DNA of 47,619 nucleotides from a virus (Duplodnaviria; Heunggongvirae; Uroviricota; Caudoviricetes): IMG/VR virus record IMGVR_UViG_2541047828_000005, positions 1 to 47,619 of that record; one strand, 5' to 3'. Shown piece by piece: positions 39,450 to 47,619 of this stretch (position 1 is its first letter; each line of letters starts with the position of its first letter). The notes under the pieces were generated by a model. It saw only the letters and a program-made list of their open reading frames with translations, ran no database searches and was not told where the DNA came from. The position numbers and the translations under genes were made by a program.

Positions 39450-40864
39450 GCGATTTACCAGTCAGCTATACGTCAGCAGGCCCGGTTCCTCTGACGCCGG
39501 AAGAGCTAAGAGCACAGCTCGTTTCACAGGCAATTGCGTTATCTCCGGGACTCACCACGGATTTGCCTGGCTCTCTGATTGAAGACGTGGCCAGCACTGA
39601 TGTCGGCGCACTTATCGTCTGCGATCAGGCGAGGGTTGACCTGATTAACTCGGTGGGGCCACTAAAGGCTAACCTGGCCATGCTGGAGCTTCTCGCACAG
39701 CAGGCTGGTATCCCTGGGCAGAAAACGGCTGGCACAACAACAGTTCCGGTTCAGTTTTCCGGCCCCGCGGGATTTGTTATCCCACAGGGGTTTATTGTTT
39801 CTGATGGGACCTATACCTATTCAGTCAGTGATGCGACGATAATCTCGTCGTCAGGAGTGTCTGCCAGCGTATCATGCGAGGGAACGGAGACCGGGACCTG
39901 GGCGGTGCCGGTAAATACAGTTAACCAGATAATCACCAGTCTACCGTCTGACGTCACCATTACCTGCACCAACCCGATCGCCGGCACTCCGGGTGCTGAC
40001 CCGGAAACGAACTATCAGTTTCGTGATCGCGTATGGCAGGCGCAGATGGCCACCGTCCAGGGATATCCGGGATTTATCCGGCAATATCTCACCAGCCTTG
40101 ATAACGTGCAGGCGCGCCTCGTTTCTGTCATTCAGGACGGGGATAAGTGGATAGTCATGTGCGCCGGCGGTGATATTTACGATATTGCTGGTGCGCTCTA
40201 TAAGTCTGCGGGGGATATCAGCCGGCTGAAAGGGTGTTCACTGAATGTAACTGGGATCACGAATGCAAATCCTGGCGTCGTCAGCACAGACCTGACTCAT
40301 GGTTACACTGACGGCCAGGTTATCAGGATCACTGGCGTGACCGGGATGACGGGCATTAATGACGTTCCTCTGACCGTGACGGTGCTGTCTCCTCACACTT
40401 TTTCCATCGGGATTGACACCACGTCATCCGGAACCTGGGGAGGCGGCGGCGAGGTGACACCGAACGTCAGAAACAATACCGTGACGGTGAATGACTGGCC
40501 TGATAACTACGTGATCCCGTTCGTGACGCCATTGCTGCAGCGGGTCACTGTGACGTATCAGTGGGGGACAGAAAGTGTTAACTACCTGACAGATGCCACG
40601 GTCGCCTCTCTGGTCTCGGCGCCTACGATTCAGTATGTGAACGGCATATTCGCCGGGAAACCGCTGAACGTTAACAACCTGAAAGACGCATTCTTACAGG
40701 CGATTAACTCGACAATCGACATGGGGCTGATCAGCACTCTAAACGTCGTGGTCACCATCAATGGTGTGATAACGCCACCGGATGCCGGGACGAATATCAT
40801 CAGCGGCGATAAGTTCAGTTATTTTTATATCGCGTCGGATGGCGTGATCGTAACAGGGGCGTAG
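39446..40864 (+). CDS. Putative baseplate J-like protein with inserted Ig-like module, 472 aa
   Basis: Position and size; module HGYTDGQVIRITGVTGMTGINDVPLTVTV..HTFS. Confidence 0.55.
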   Translation: MSDLPVSYTSAGPVPLTPEELRAQLVSQAIALSPGLTTDLPGSLIEDVASTDVGALIVCDQARVDLINSVGPLKANLAMLELLAQQAGIPGQKTAGTTTVPVQFSGPAGFVIPQGFIVSDGTYTYSVSDATIISSSGVSASVSCEGTETGTWAVPVNTVNQIITSLPSDVTITCTNPIAGTPGADPETNYQFRDRVWQAQMATVQGYPGFIRQYLTSLDNVQARLVSVIQDGDKWIVMCAGGDIYDIAGALYKSAGDISRLKGCSLNVTGITNANPGVVSTDLTHGYTDGQVIRITGVTGMTGINDVPLTVTVLSPHTFSIGIDTTSSGTWGGGGEVTPNVRNNTVTVNDWPDNYVIPFVTPLLQRVTVTYQWGTESVNYLTDATVASLVSAPTIQYVNGIFAGKPLNVNNLKDAFLQAINSTIDMGLISTLNVVVTINGVITPPDAGTNIISGDKFSYFYIASDGVIVTGA

Positions 40865-40865
40865 C

Positions 40866-41570
40866 ATGCTGGACGATATCATCCGGTCGTATATGTATAC
40901 GCAATACAACGACGATGACAATCTGCGGGCGTTTTTTACTGCGTATAACTCGATGGCGCAGGGCATTTATGACTGGATGGTTAATGCCAACCTGCCGATT
41001 TTCATCGGTGACTACAACACCGGAGATCAGCTCCGATGGATTGCCCATGGCATCTATGGCGTGTTGCCGCCGGTGATTTCCAGCAGCGATCAGCAGGAGA
41101 TAGGCCCATATAACACCTTCGAATTTAACCAGCTGGCATTCAATGAGTACCGGGTGATTGACCAGTCAAACCAGGTTGTTGTCTCTGATGACCTTTTTAA
41201 GCGGATCATGACCTGGAATTTTTACAAGGGTGACGGCTTCTATTTCTCTATCCCATGGATAAAGCGGCGGATTCTGCGGTTCCTGTTGGGAGTGAATGGC
41301 ACAGACATCCTCAACGACCAGCGATGGAGTATCTCGATCCAGTTTGTGGATGGTGGTATCGTGATTTCCATCTATAAGGGGCGTCGGAAGTTTACGCGGA
41401 GTGCTATCTACAACGCTTCTGCCTATAACTCCAGGAAGTACAACCAGAAGGACACGGCCTTTGTGATCACCGAGGATTTCGAGTTTGCCATATTCTTCAA
41501 GCAGGCCATGGATAGCGGTCTGCTGCACATGCCGTTCTATCAGTCCATTTCGGTGGAAATTATTGATTGA
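40866..41570 (+). CDS. Putative tail protein I-like, 234 aa
   Basis: Position after J-like gene. Confidence 0.45.
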   Translation: MLDDIIRSYMYTQYNDDDNLRAFFTAYNSMAQGIYDWMVNANLPIFIGDYNTGDQLRWIAHGIYGVLPPVISSSDQQEIGPYNTFEFNQLAFNEYRVIDQSNQVVVSDDLFKRIMTWNFYKGDGFYFSIPWIKRRILRFLLGVNGTDILNDQRWSISIQFVDGGIVISIYKGRRKFTRSAIYNASAYNSRKYNQKDTAFVITEDFEFAIFFKQAMDSGLLHMPFYQSISVEIID

Positions 41571-41613
41571 AGCACAATGACTGTGGTGTAGTATTTACCT
41601 CATCCACCACAGC

Positions 41614-42306
41614 ATGGTAAAGATTAAAATGAAAACTTCAATTATGCTTGCTTTTTTATCAGTTTCGTTGTGCGCAGGAAGTTCTTTTGCAGCTTCTTTT
41701 GATTGTAATAAATCAAAAAATTTTGCCGAAAAAACAATTTGTTCTGACAAGAAATTATCAGAAGATGATGAGGTTCTTGCTAAGGTTTATAATCTTGCAA
41801 AGAAAGTTGCGCATAATAAAAATGGGTTCGATAGGCTGACAAAAGATTTATGGGACTCAAGGGATTTGTGCACCGACTACAAATGCATTAATGATTGGTA
41901 TGATACTGTATTTGTTGCGTATGATTCTGTTATAAAAACAAATGCAAGCGATGAGGTTTTGAATAATATTCAGAAAAAATATGATGAGTCAATAACGCAG
42001 AAGCCAGCAATAAGCAACGGAGCTAAAAACAAAAAAGAAGCTAAAGATTATAGTTTATACGATTCAAAAGACAGAGCCGCGCCAGTTGAACATAACGCAA
42101 TATTATACAAAGACACTCCAGAGGCATTCGAATTTATAGATACACTTGTTGGGTTTGTCAGACAAAGCTCTTACAAATGTGACTCTGTAAGTTCTTTCAT
42201 ACCCATGGTTTCATCTAATGGATTTACGCTCGCATGTAATAAATTCAGCTACAAATATGAAATTAAAAACAACGGCGGAAATGTCTCTGTTTCTGTAGAT
42301 AATTAG
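41614..42306 (+). CDS. Secreted DUF1311/LprI-like protein (second moron copy), ~225-230 aa
   Basis: Signal peptide MKTSIMLAFLSVSLCAGSSFA; mature N-terminus ASFDC..K..IC.D..LS.D..L...Y...W..RD.C; own terminator downstream. Confidence 0.6.
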   Translation: MVKIKMKTSIMLAFLSVSLCAGSSFAASFDCNKSKNFAEKTICSDKKLSEDDEVLAKVYNLAKKVAHNKNGFDRLTKDLWDSRDLCTDYKCINDWYDTVFVAYDSVIKTNASDEVLNNIQKKYDESITQKPAISNGAKNKKEAKDYSLYDSKDRAAPVEHNAILYKDTPEAFEFIDTLVGFVRQSSYKCDSVSSFIPMVSSNGFTLACNKFSYKYEIKNNGGNVSVSVDN

Positions 42307-42356
42307 CTCAAAGCCCACGCCAGTGGGATTTCATAAATAACACATTGATAACATCA

Positions 42357-42380
42357 AACCCGCTTCGGCGGGTTTTTTTA
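42357..42380 (+). terminator. Rho-independent terminator after second DUF1311-like gene
   Basis: AAACCCGC-ttcg-GCGGGTTT followed by TTTTT. Confidence 0.65.
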
Positions 42381-42401
42381 TGCCTATATCCCGGAGGAGA
42401 C

Positions 42402-44945
42402 ATGGCACTAACCCTTTTGGCTACAAACAACGCAGAAAGCACGCTGGCTTCTGCTATCAGCGCAACCGACACGTCGCTGATCGTTAGCGCTGGAACTGGT
42501 GCCGAGTTCCCTGATGCTGTGGCAGGCGAGAGCTACTTTAAGCTCACTCTCACCGATGCCGCCACCGGCTCACAGGTTGAGATCGTGAACGTGACAGCCA
42601 AGGCTGGGGACATCTTCACGATTGAGCGTGCACAGGAAGGAACGCTGGCGCGTGCGTGGGCGGCCAACGACATGGTTGCCAACATGATGACGGCGGATAC
42701 GCTGAACATTATCGCTCAATATGCCCAGCAGGCAGCTGCATCAGCAGCACAGGCTGAAGAGTATGCAAATAACGCTTCTGACTACGCACAGAATAAGTTC
42801 ACGTTCTATAAAACTGCCAGTGATCCTGATGGGACCATTGCAGGGCTGGCAGCAACTACTGACGGCCAGTCGTTCTGGGTAGCCCAGGGGCCTGATGCGC
42901 TTTCTGCTGCATGGCAGTATCAAAACAATGCTGGCGTGGCTGTGTTACAGGCTAAGCAGCCAGGTACAGCTGCTGTAACTGGGACAATTCGCGAATTCCC
43001 TACGCTGGCGGCGGCGCAGGCTGATGCAGACGCTGGTAATATTAAGACGGGATCATCATGCTGGATTGCAAACGAGAACTTTATCACCGCTGATGAATAT
43101 ATTAATAACAATGGAGTGCTTGGGAAGACAGGCCGCTCTATTATTTCAAAGGAATATGTTGATCTCTTAATTTCACAGCAAGTGGCTAGGATAATGTCCA
43201 CTGGAGCCTCCACAAACATTAGCGGATATCCTGATACAGCATGGGCATGGGTTGATAAAGAAGGAAAGTCGACAAGTGAAATACTAAGCGACGGAACCAC
43301 GAATCTCGCTGCGTTATTGCTTGGGGACAAATTTGAATTTTTGACAGATGATGGTGGCGGTATTCTATGTCAGTTAAGGGATGAGGATGCCCTTATATTT
43401 AGCATATCTCCATCAGGGGTTGTTACATTCGGCGAGCAAAAGACATGGATTAGTGATGAAACATTTTTTGACGGATATACAAAAGCATGGATGGATGCAG
43501 AAGGTAAAGTTTACAAAGTTGAATATCCGGACGGCTCTATCGAAGATGCTATGTCAGGTTCGAGCAGCGAGGACGCCTCTGAGTTCCCCATGGTTGCTTC
43601 AGTTGATGGGAATATCATTGCGGTGGATGGTAGCAATGTAACGCAGATCACGAACGACACCGGGGTCTCAAATATTGCTCCTGTAGCATTTGCTAAATTT
43701 CTTCGTTTTCTTTCCAACATTAGCGGTAGCTACCTCACTTATAGATCGACTTATGACGGGAATTATCGCGCGCGTGAGTCATTGCGCTACCTTATTCATG
43801 TGATTTTAACCGGGCAGTCTCTTGCTGCTGGCGGCTCAACGCAGGCACAAAGCCCTGTCACGACTTCAGCCCAGGCTGATTACGGCATACTGGCTTTTGG
43901 TACCGGCCCGAAAGTCGATTTTAAGTATGATACTTTGAATGAGTCGCTGCTTGGAACCGTTATCCCATGCCGGGAGAATGTTGGAACGCGGCCTGGTCAG
44001 GAGTCGCCATCAAGCGGTATGGCTTTTAAAATTCATGAGCTTACCGGGAATACTGTGCTGGTTTCCGATGCGTGCTCATCTGGTACTGCAATTGCAGACA
44101 TTTCATCTGGAACAGCGACTTTTACCGGTGCAACGAAAATGATTCAGGCAGCTGTGGCCATGGCTGAAAAGCTGGGTATGCAGTATGTTCCCGTAATGGT
44201 GCTCATCCACGGAAACCAGAATGCGGCCGCAGGGACATCAATATCTAATTATCGTGCCGCAATGGAGACGCTCCGTGCTCAGTACGAGTCTGTCATTAAC
44301 GCTGCAACAGGTAAAAGTCAGTCGCTTCACATGTTTGTCGGCCAGCTATCCAACATAATTCCGTACGGCGGCACCGCCGGCACGACCAAAACCAATAACA
44401 TCGGTATTGCGCAGTACCAGGAAGCCCGTGATAACGCGTTAATCCATCTTGCCAGCGCACAGTATGCCCGACCGTATTCTGACGGGGAGCATCTGACCAG
44501 TGCGGGGTATCGGACTGAAGGCGAGGTTATTGGCTCGGTTGTCGGTGGGTGGCTGAATGACAATACAAAATCCTCGCTTGTGCCGATAGAGTCTGGTGTT
44601 GTGCAGTCAGGAACCACAATCACTATACCAGTGGCTGGTTGTGTTGGTGATCTCGTGATTGACACCGAGAGGGTTACCGATCCAGGCAACTACGGATTTG
44701 TCCTGACCGGGGCCACAATTGCGTCGGTAGCCGTTAGCGGCAGCGGATCAGCAGCAAAAATAGTTATCACCAAGACCGATTCTACCACTGCGACGGCGAT
44801 ATCTTATGCAAGCCAGGGGATTGCCGGACAAAACCCCGGCCCTGTAACTGGTTCGCGCGGGTGTATCAGAGATTCCCAAACAGGGACGTCACTATCCGGC
44901 CTGCCTCTTTATAACGACCTCGCTGTTTTCTCATTTGCGTTATAG
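42402..44945 (+). CDS. Tail fibre/tailspike protein with candidate SGNH/SASA-like esterase domain, 847 aa
   Basis: GGAGGAG SD; N-terminal ~100 aa homologous to second fibre; C-half carries GQS (ILTGQSLAAGG), HGNQN and DGEH blocks. Confidence 0.65.
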   Translation: MALTLLATNNAESTLASAISATDTSLIVSAGTGAEFPDAVAGESYFKLTLTDAATGSQVEIVNVTAKAGDIFTIERAQEGTLARAWAANDMVANMMTADTLNIIAQYAQQAAASAAQAEEYANNASDYAQNKFTFYKTASDPDGTIAGLAATTDGQSFWVAQGPDALSAAWQYQNNAGVAVLQAKQPGTAAVTGTIREFPTLAAAQADADAGNIKTGSSCWIANENFITADEYINNNGVLGKTGRSIISKEYVDLLISQQVARIMSTGASTNISGYPDTAWAWVDKEGKSTSEILSDGTTNLAALLLGDKFEFLTDDGGGILCQLRDEDALIFSISPSGVVTFGEQKTWISDETFFDGYTKAWMDAEGKVYKVEYPDGSIEDAMSGSSSEDASEFPMVASVDGNIIAVDGSNVTQITNDTGVSNIAPVAFAKFLRFLSNISGSYLTYRSTYDGNYRARESLRYLIHVILTGQSLAAGGSTQAQSPVTTSAQADYGILAFGTGPKVDFKYDTLNESLLGTVIPCRENVGTRPGQESPSSGMAFKIHELTGNTVLVSDACSSGTAIADISSGTATFTGATKMIQAAVAMAEKLGMQYVPVMVLIHGNQNAAAGTSISNYRAAMETLRAQYESVINAATGKSQSLHMFVGQLSNIIPYGGTAGTTKTNNIGIAQYQEARDNALIHLASAQYARPYSDGEHLTSAGYRTEGEVIGSVVGGWLNDNTKSSLVPIESGVVQSGTTITIPVAGCVGDLVIDTERVTDPGNYGFVLTGATIASVAVSGSGSAAKIVITKTDSTTATAISYASQGIAGQNPGPVTGSRGCIRDSQTGTSLSGLPLYNDLAVFSFAL

Positions 44946-44956
44946 GACCATAAAAT

Positions 44957-45709
44957 ATGAGCACACTGGTTTATCAAAATACCGGAATAGTTGCCACCAG
45001 ATATCTGAAGAAATACCCATTTCCCAATGATATTACGCAACTTCCATCACTAATCCCGGGAATTATTCTACAGGCTGATTTTGACGTAAACGATTCAGCG
45101 TCCTTAACCAGAAACCGGGTAGGCGCTGACATGTCTGTTGTTGGCTCTCCTGTTCTTGGTGATTATGGAGTCAGCCTCACTGAGGCTAACCACCTGGATA
45201 CGAACATCGACATATCAGCCTACAATGGCAGCGATCTGACAATGGTGACAATTGCAGTTCATCCAGGCGTGGTTGGTGCAGTTGTGGGCCGGGTGCAGAT
45301 GAACGCGCCGCAGCGTACTCGTGGCACACAAACTACGGATACAGCGTGGAGAGCTAAGTGGTTGACAGCAGCAGGTGCAGCGCAACAGGCCGACCTCATC
45401 CCGTCTAGTGCCGCAACTGATGGCGAAATGGCTGTAAGTCGCTTTGTTCGTGATAACGGCAGTGGCTCAATGCTGACTAAGCTTGATCTGCCACGCACAT
45501 CACAGTCAGCAACCCGCACCGCAGCGACGACTCCTTATGCCGTACCCTCGTCTAAAATTCTGCTGGGCGGTTCGGTTGAGGGAACCACGACAGCCACTAT
45601 CTTCATGCGGGCCTGTCTGATTGTATCCAGGGCAATTACGGATGCAGAAATGGCAACAATTTACACCTATTACAAAAATTATTATCAGCTGAAAGGCAAA
45701 AACATTTAA
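44957..45709 (+). CDS. Hypothetical tail-associated protein, 250 aa
   Basis: ORF downstream of fibre gene. Confidence 0.4.
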   Translation: MSTLVYQNTGIVATRYLKKYPFPNDITQLPSLIPGIILQADFDVNDSASLTRNRVGADMSVVGSPVLGDYGVSLTEANHLDTNIDISAYNGSDLTMVTIAVHPGVVGAVVGRVQMNAPQRTRGTQTTDTAWRAKWLTAAGAAQQADLIPSSAATDGEMAVSRFVRDNGSGSMLTKLDLPRTSQSATRTAATTPYAVPSSKILLGGSVEGTTTATIFMRACLIVSRAITDAEMATIYTYYKNYYQLKGKNI

Positions 45710-45718
45710 GGAGTACAT

Positions 45719-45913
45719 ATGGCTGGCTATATTGCTGATTATCAGGCGACAAAAAACGGTCAGGTAATTTATTCAGGAACGCTTGCTGTTGAATCAGAAG
45801 GAAATGATGCAGCTATAAAAGAAGCAGTGATGGCAGAGCTGAATGCAATAAATATGAAATTTGGTGGTGGAATACCTGATTCTGTCACAGTCAATTCATG
45901 GTCTGCTGAATAA
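45719..45913 (+). CDS. Small hypothetical protein, 64 aa
   Basis: Strong AAGGAG SD 5 nt upstream. Confidence 0.45.
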   Translation: MAGYIADYQATKNGQVIYSGTLAVESEGNDAAIKEAVMAELNAINMKFGGGIPDSVTVNSWSAE

Positions 45914-45981
45914 TCAAAACGTTAGCACAGAAGCGTGCATTGATAGCCATGGGCTATATTGATCTTCTCTCCTCATAAAAC

Positions 45982-46001
45982 TACTGTATATAAAAACAGT
46001 G
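45982..46001 (+). promoter_or_regulatory. LexA (SOS) box TACTGTATATAAAAACAGTG overlapping a promoter
   Basis: CTGT-N8-ACAG with AT-rich centre; 18 nt upstream of the ATG at 46020; TTGATC -35-like at 45959-45964. Confidence 0.65.
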
Positions 46002-46019
46002 TTTATCGGAGGGCAGATC

Positions 46020-46259
46020 ATGCACCGTCAGTCAGACATCAATCAGGCATTCCGCGAGTCGGTATTGCGCAACTCCAAAGGCTACCAGTACCTGCACACA
46101 AAGGATTTTGTGTCAGCGCTGCGCAGGCTTGGGCTGCACTTTACCGACGCAGAGGCTAATGCGTGGATATCTAGAGAGCAGACGTACTTTGTCGACAAAA
46201 CCACCGACCATAGCGAAAACCGTTTGTGGATGATGGCCAACATGGGGAGGGTGATCTAA
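46020..46259 (+). CDS. Hypothetical 79-aa protein, first gene of LexA-box unit
   Basis: GGAGGG SD 6 nt upstream of ATG 46020. Confidence 0.5.
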   Translation: MHRQSDINQAFRESVLRNSKGYQYLHTKDFVSALRRLGLHFTDAEANAWISREQTYFVDKTTDHSENRLWMMANMGRVI

Positions 46260-46576
46260 TGGGATTCCCTTCACCAGCGACGGACTACGTTGAGCAAAGG
46301 TTGTCTGTTAACTCGATCTGCAATGTCGGCCCAAACACGCTAGTTTTCGAGCGATCTGGCGGTTACGTTGTGCTGGATATCTCCCTGAAGCCAAAGCAGG
46401 GTAGTCAGGTTCTTATCCAGCACGGCGGCGGGACGGAGCTTGCCACGCTGAGAGGAAAGTCACTGATTACTGAAGATGGTGAAGCGATCGAGGGCGAAGC
46501 CCTGGACGATGTTACTGTCATCGGCGTCGTGACGTTTACTATCTGCGATGTTCGTTCCGATAATTCTATTATTTAA
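46259..46576 (+). CDS. UmuD'-like protein (S24-fold, begins at the position of the UmuD cleavage site; catalytic Ser apparently absent), 105 aa
   Basis: MGFPSPATDYVEQR matches UmuD residues 25-38 (GFPSPAADYVEQR); C-terminal VIGVV like UmuD VFGVV; SGDSM replaced by SGGYV; GGAGG SD; ATG overlaps upstream stop (TAATG). Confidence 0.6.
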   Translation: MGFPSPATDYVEQRLSVNSICNVGPNTLVFERSGGYVVLDISLKPKQGSQVLIQHGGGTELATLRGKSLITEDGEAIEGEALDDVTVIGVVTFTICDVRSDNSII

Positions 46577-46587
46577 CTGGGGTATAT

Positions 46588-47619
46588 ATGGCGCTGAAGC
46601 TATTAGCCAATAATAACGCAAAGAGTGTTCTCGCTGCGGGTATTAGCGCGTCCGCTACCGTTATTACCGTGGGTACTGGAGCTGGGTCTTTATTCCCGTC
46701 CCCTGTATCTGGGCAGAGTTATTTCAAATTAACGATAACCGACGCGGCCACGAAAACAATTTCTGAAATTATGCACGTCACGTCTGTATCCGGTGACGTG
46801 ATGACAGTAATTCGTGGTCAGGAAGGAACTACGGCACGCGTATGGTCAACGAATGACATTGTCGCGAATTTAATGACCGCCGGATCATTGTTGTCGTTCC
46901 TGCAGATCAGCAATAACCTGTCAGAAATTAAAGATGCCGGTGAGGATGCGATAAATGAAGCCCGTTATAACCTCGGAATATCTGATTCCTCTGGTTTTGT
47001 CGGGCGTTCACTTGGCGCTCCAAAAGCTTTCTATGCAAACGGAACCTATACGCGATCTCCTCTGGCCCGTTATGCAAAAGTAACGTTGACCGGTGCCGGT
47101 GGCGGCGGTGGCGGCTGCCAGGCCTCCAACAATACAGAAACCTTCTCCGGTGCTGGCGGCGGCGCGGGCGCGACCATTATCGTATGGGTTGACCTGTCTG
47201 CTGCCAGTTCTTATGCGATTACTGTCGGCAAGGGTGGTAAGGGCGGAGTTGGCGCAGTAAGTGGTGCGGATGGTGGGGCCACCTCGTTTGCCAGCCTGTT
47301 CTCAGCTCCTGGCGGGAAAGGAGGAGTGAAGTCAGGCGTGTCCAATACCGCCGGCGGCGCCGGAGGTACGGCGGCGACCGGAGATATCAGGATCAACGGT
47401 GGTACCGGCTCAGATGGACAGACAGGCTCAAGCCTTCTGACGGGCAACGGCGGGGCGTCGTATTTTGGCGGCGGTGGCCGGGCGGGTTCTCAGGCCGGTA
47501 TTGCTGGCGCAGCTCCCGGATCCGGTGGTGGTGGCGCGTATGACCTTGGGTTTACCGGTACGGCATTTACCGGTGGTGATGGTGCTACTGGCATGGCGAT
47601 CGTGGAAGAATTCGCGTAA
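46588..47619 (+). CDS. Second tail fibre protein with Gly-rich C-terminal domain, 343 aa
   Basis: N-terminal ~100 aa homologous to fibre 1; stop codon is the last 3 nt of the window. Confidence 0.6.
   Translation: MALKLLANNNAKSVLAAGISASATVITVGTGAGSLFPSPVSGQSYFKLTITDAATKTISEIMHVTSVSGDVMTVIRGQEGTTARVWSTNDIVANLMTAGSLLSFLQISNNLSEIKDAGEDAINEARYNLGISDSSGFVGRSLGAPKAFYANGTYTRSPLARYAKVTLTGAGGGGGGCQASNNTETFSGAGGGAGATIIVWVDLSAASSYAITVGKGGKGGVGAVSGADGGATSFASLFSAPGGKGGVKSGVSNTAGGAGGTAATGDIRINGGTGSDGQTGSSLLTGNGGASYFGGGGRAGSQAGIAGAAPGSGGGGAYDLGFTGTAFTGGDGATGMAIVEEFA

Noticed and set aside
42345-42401. Upstream in-frame start for tail fibre 1
   Set aside because: Would place the start inside the terminator hairpin; ATG 42402 has a GGAGGAG SD and matches the conserved MAL.LLA N-terminus of fibre 2
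47211-47447. Minus-strand 78-aa Pro-rich ORF inside tail fibre 2
   Set aside because: Reverse-complement reading of the Gly-rich coding region

Overview
This window is the left ~46 kb of a mosaic lambdoid prophage inserted at the lambda attachment site next to the host gene ybhC (1-1284); attR lies beyond the window. All calls rest on reading the sequence and recalled protein families, with no database search run. Layout: attL core GCTTTTTTATACTAA (1331-1345), lambda int/xis, a leftward early operon (unknown genes, an SSB-like gene, erf split by an intact IS903-family element, cIII-like, P22-type N with GACAA-loop boxB), lambda-type immunity region (OL, cI, OR, cro), P22-like replication genes (cII/C1-like, orf48, O-like with iterons, DnaB-type helicase), lambda-like nin region, Q, S, R, Rz/Rz1, then a non-lambda packaging and head module and a Mu-like contractile-tail module ending in two tail-fibre genes. 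The strongest candidates for undescribed biology are: (1) a three-gene cassette in the rexAB slot between cI and a t-imm-like terminator; (2) a LexA-box-controlled two-gene unit encoding a protein that begins exactly like cleaved UmuD (UmuD'); (3) a Nudix domain fused to the protease/scaffold-position head protein; (4) a TGT-fold (DpdA-like?) gene near int. No rRNA, tRNA or CRISPR array was recognised.
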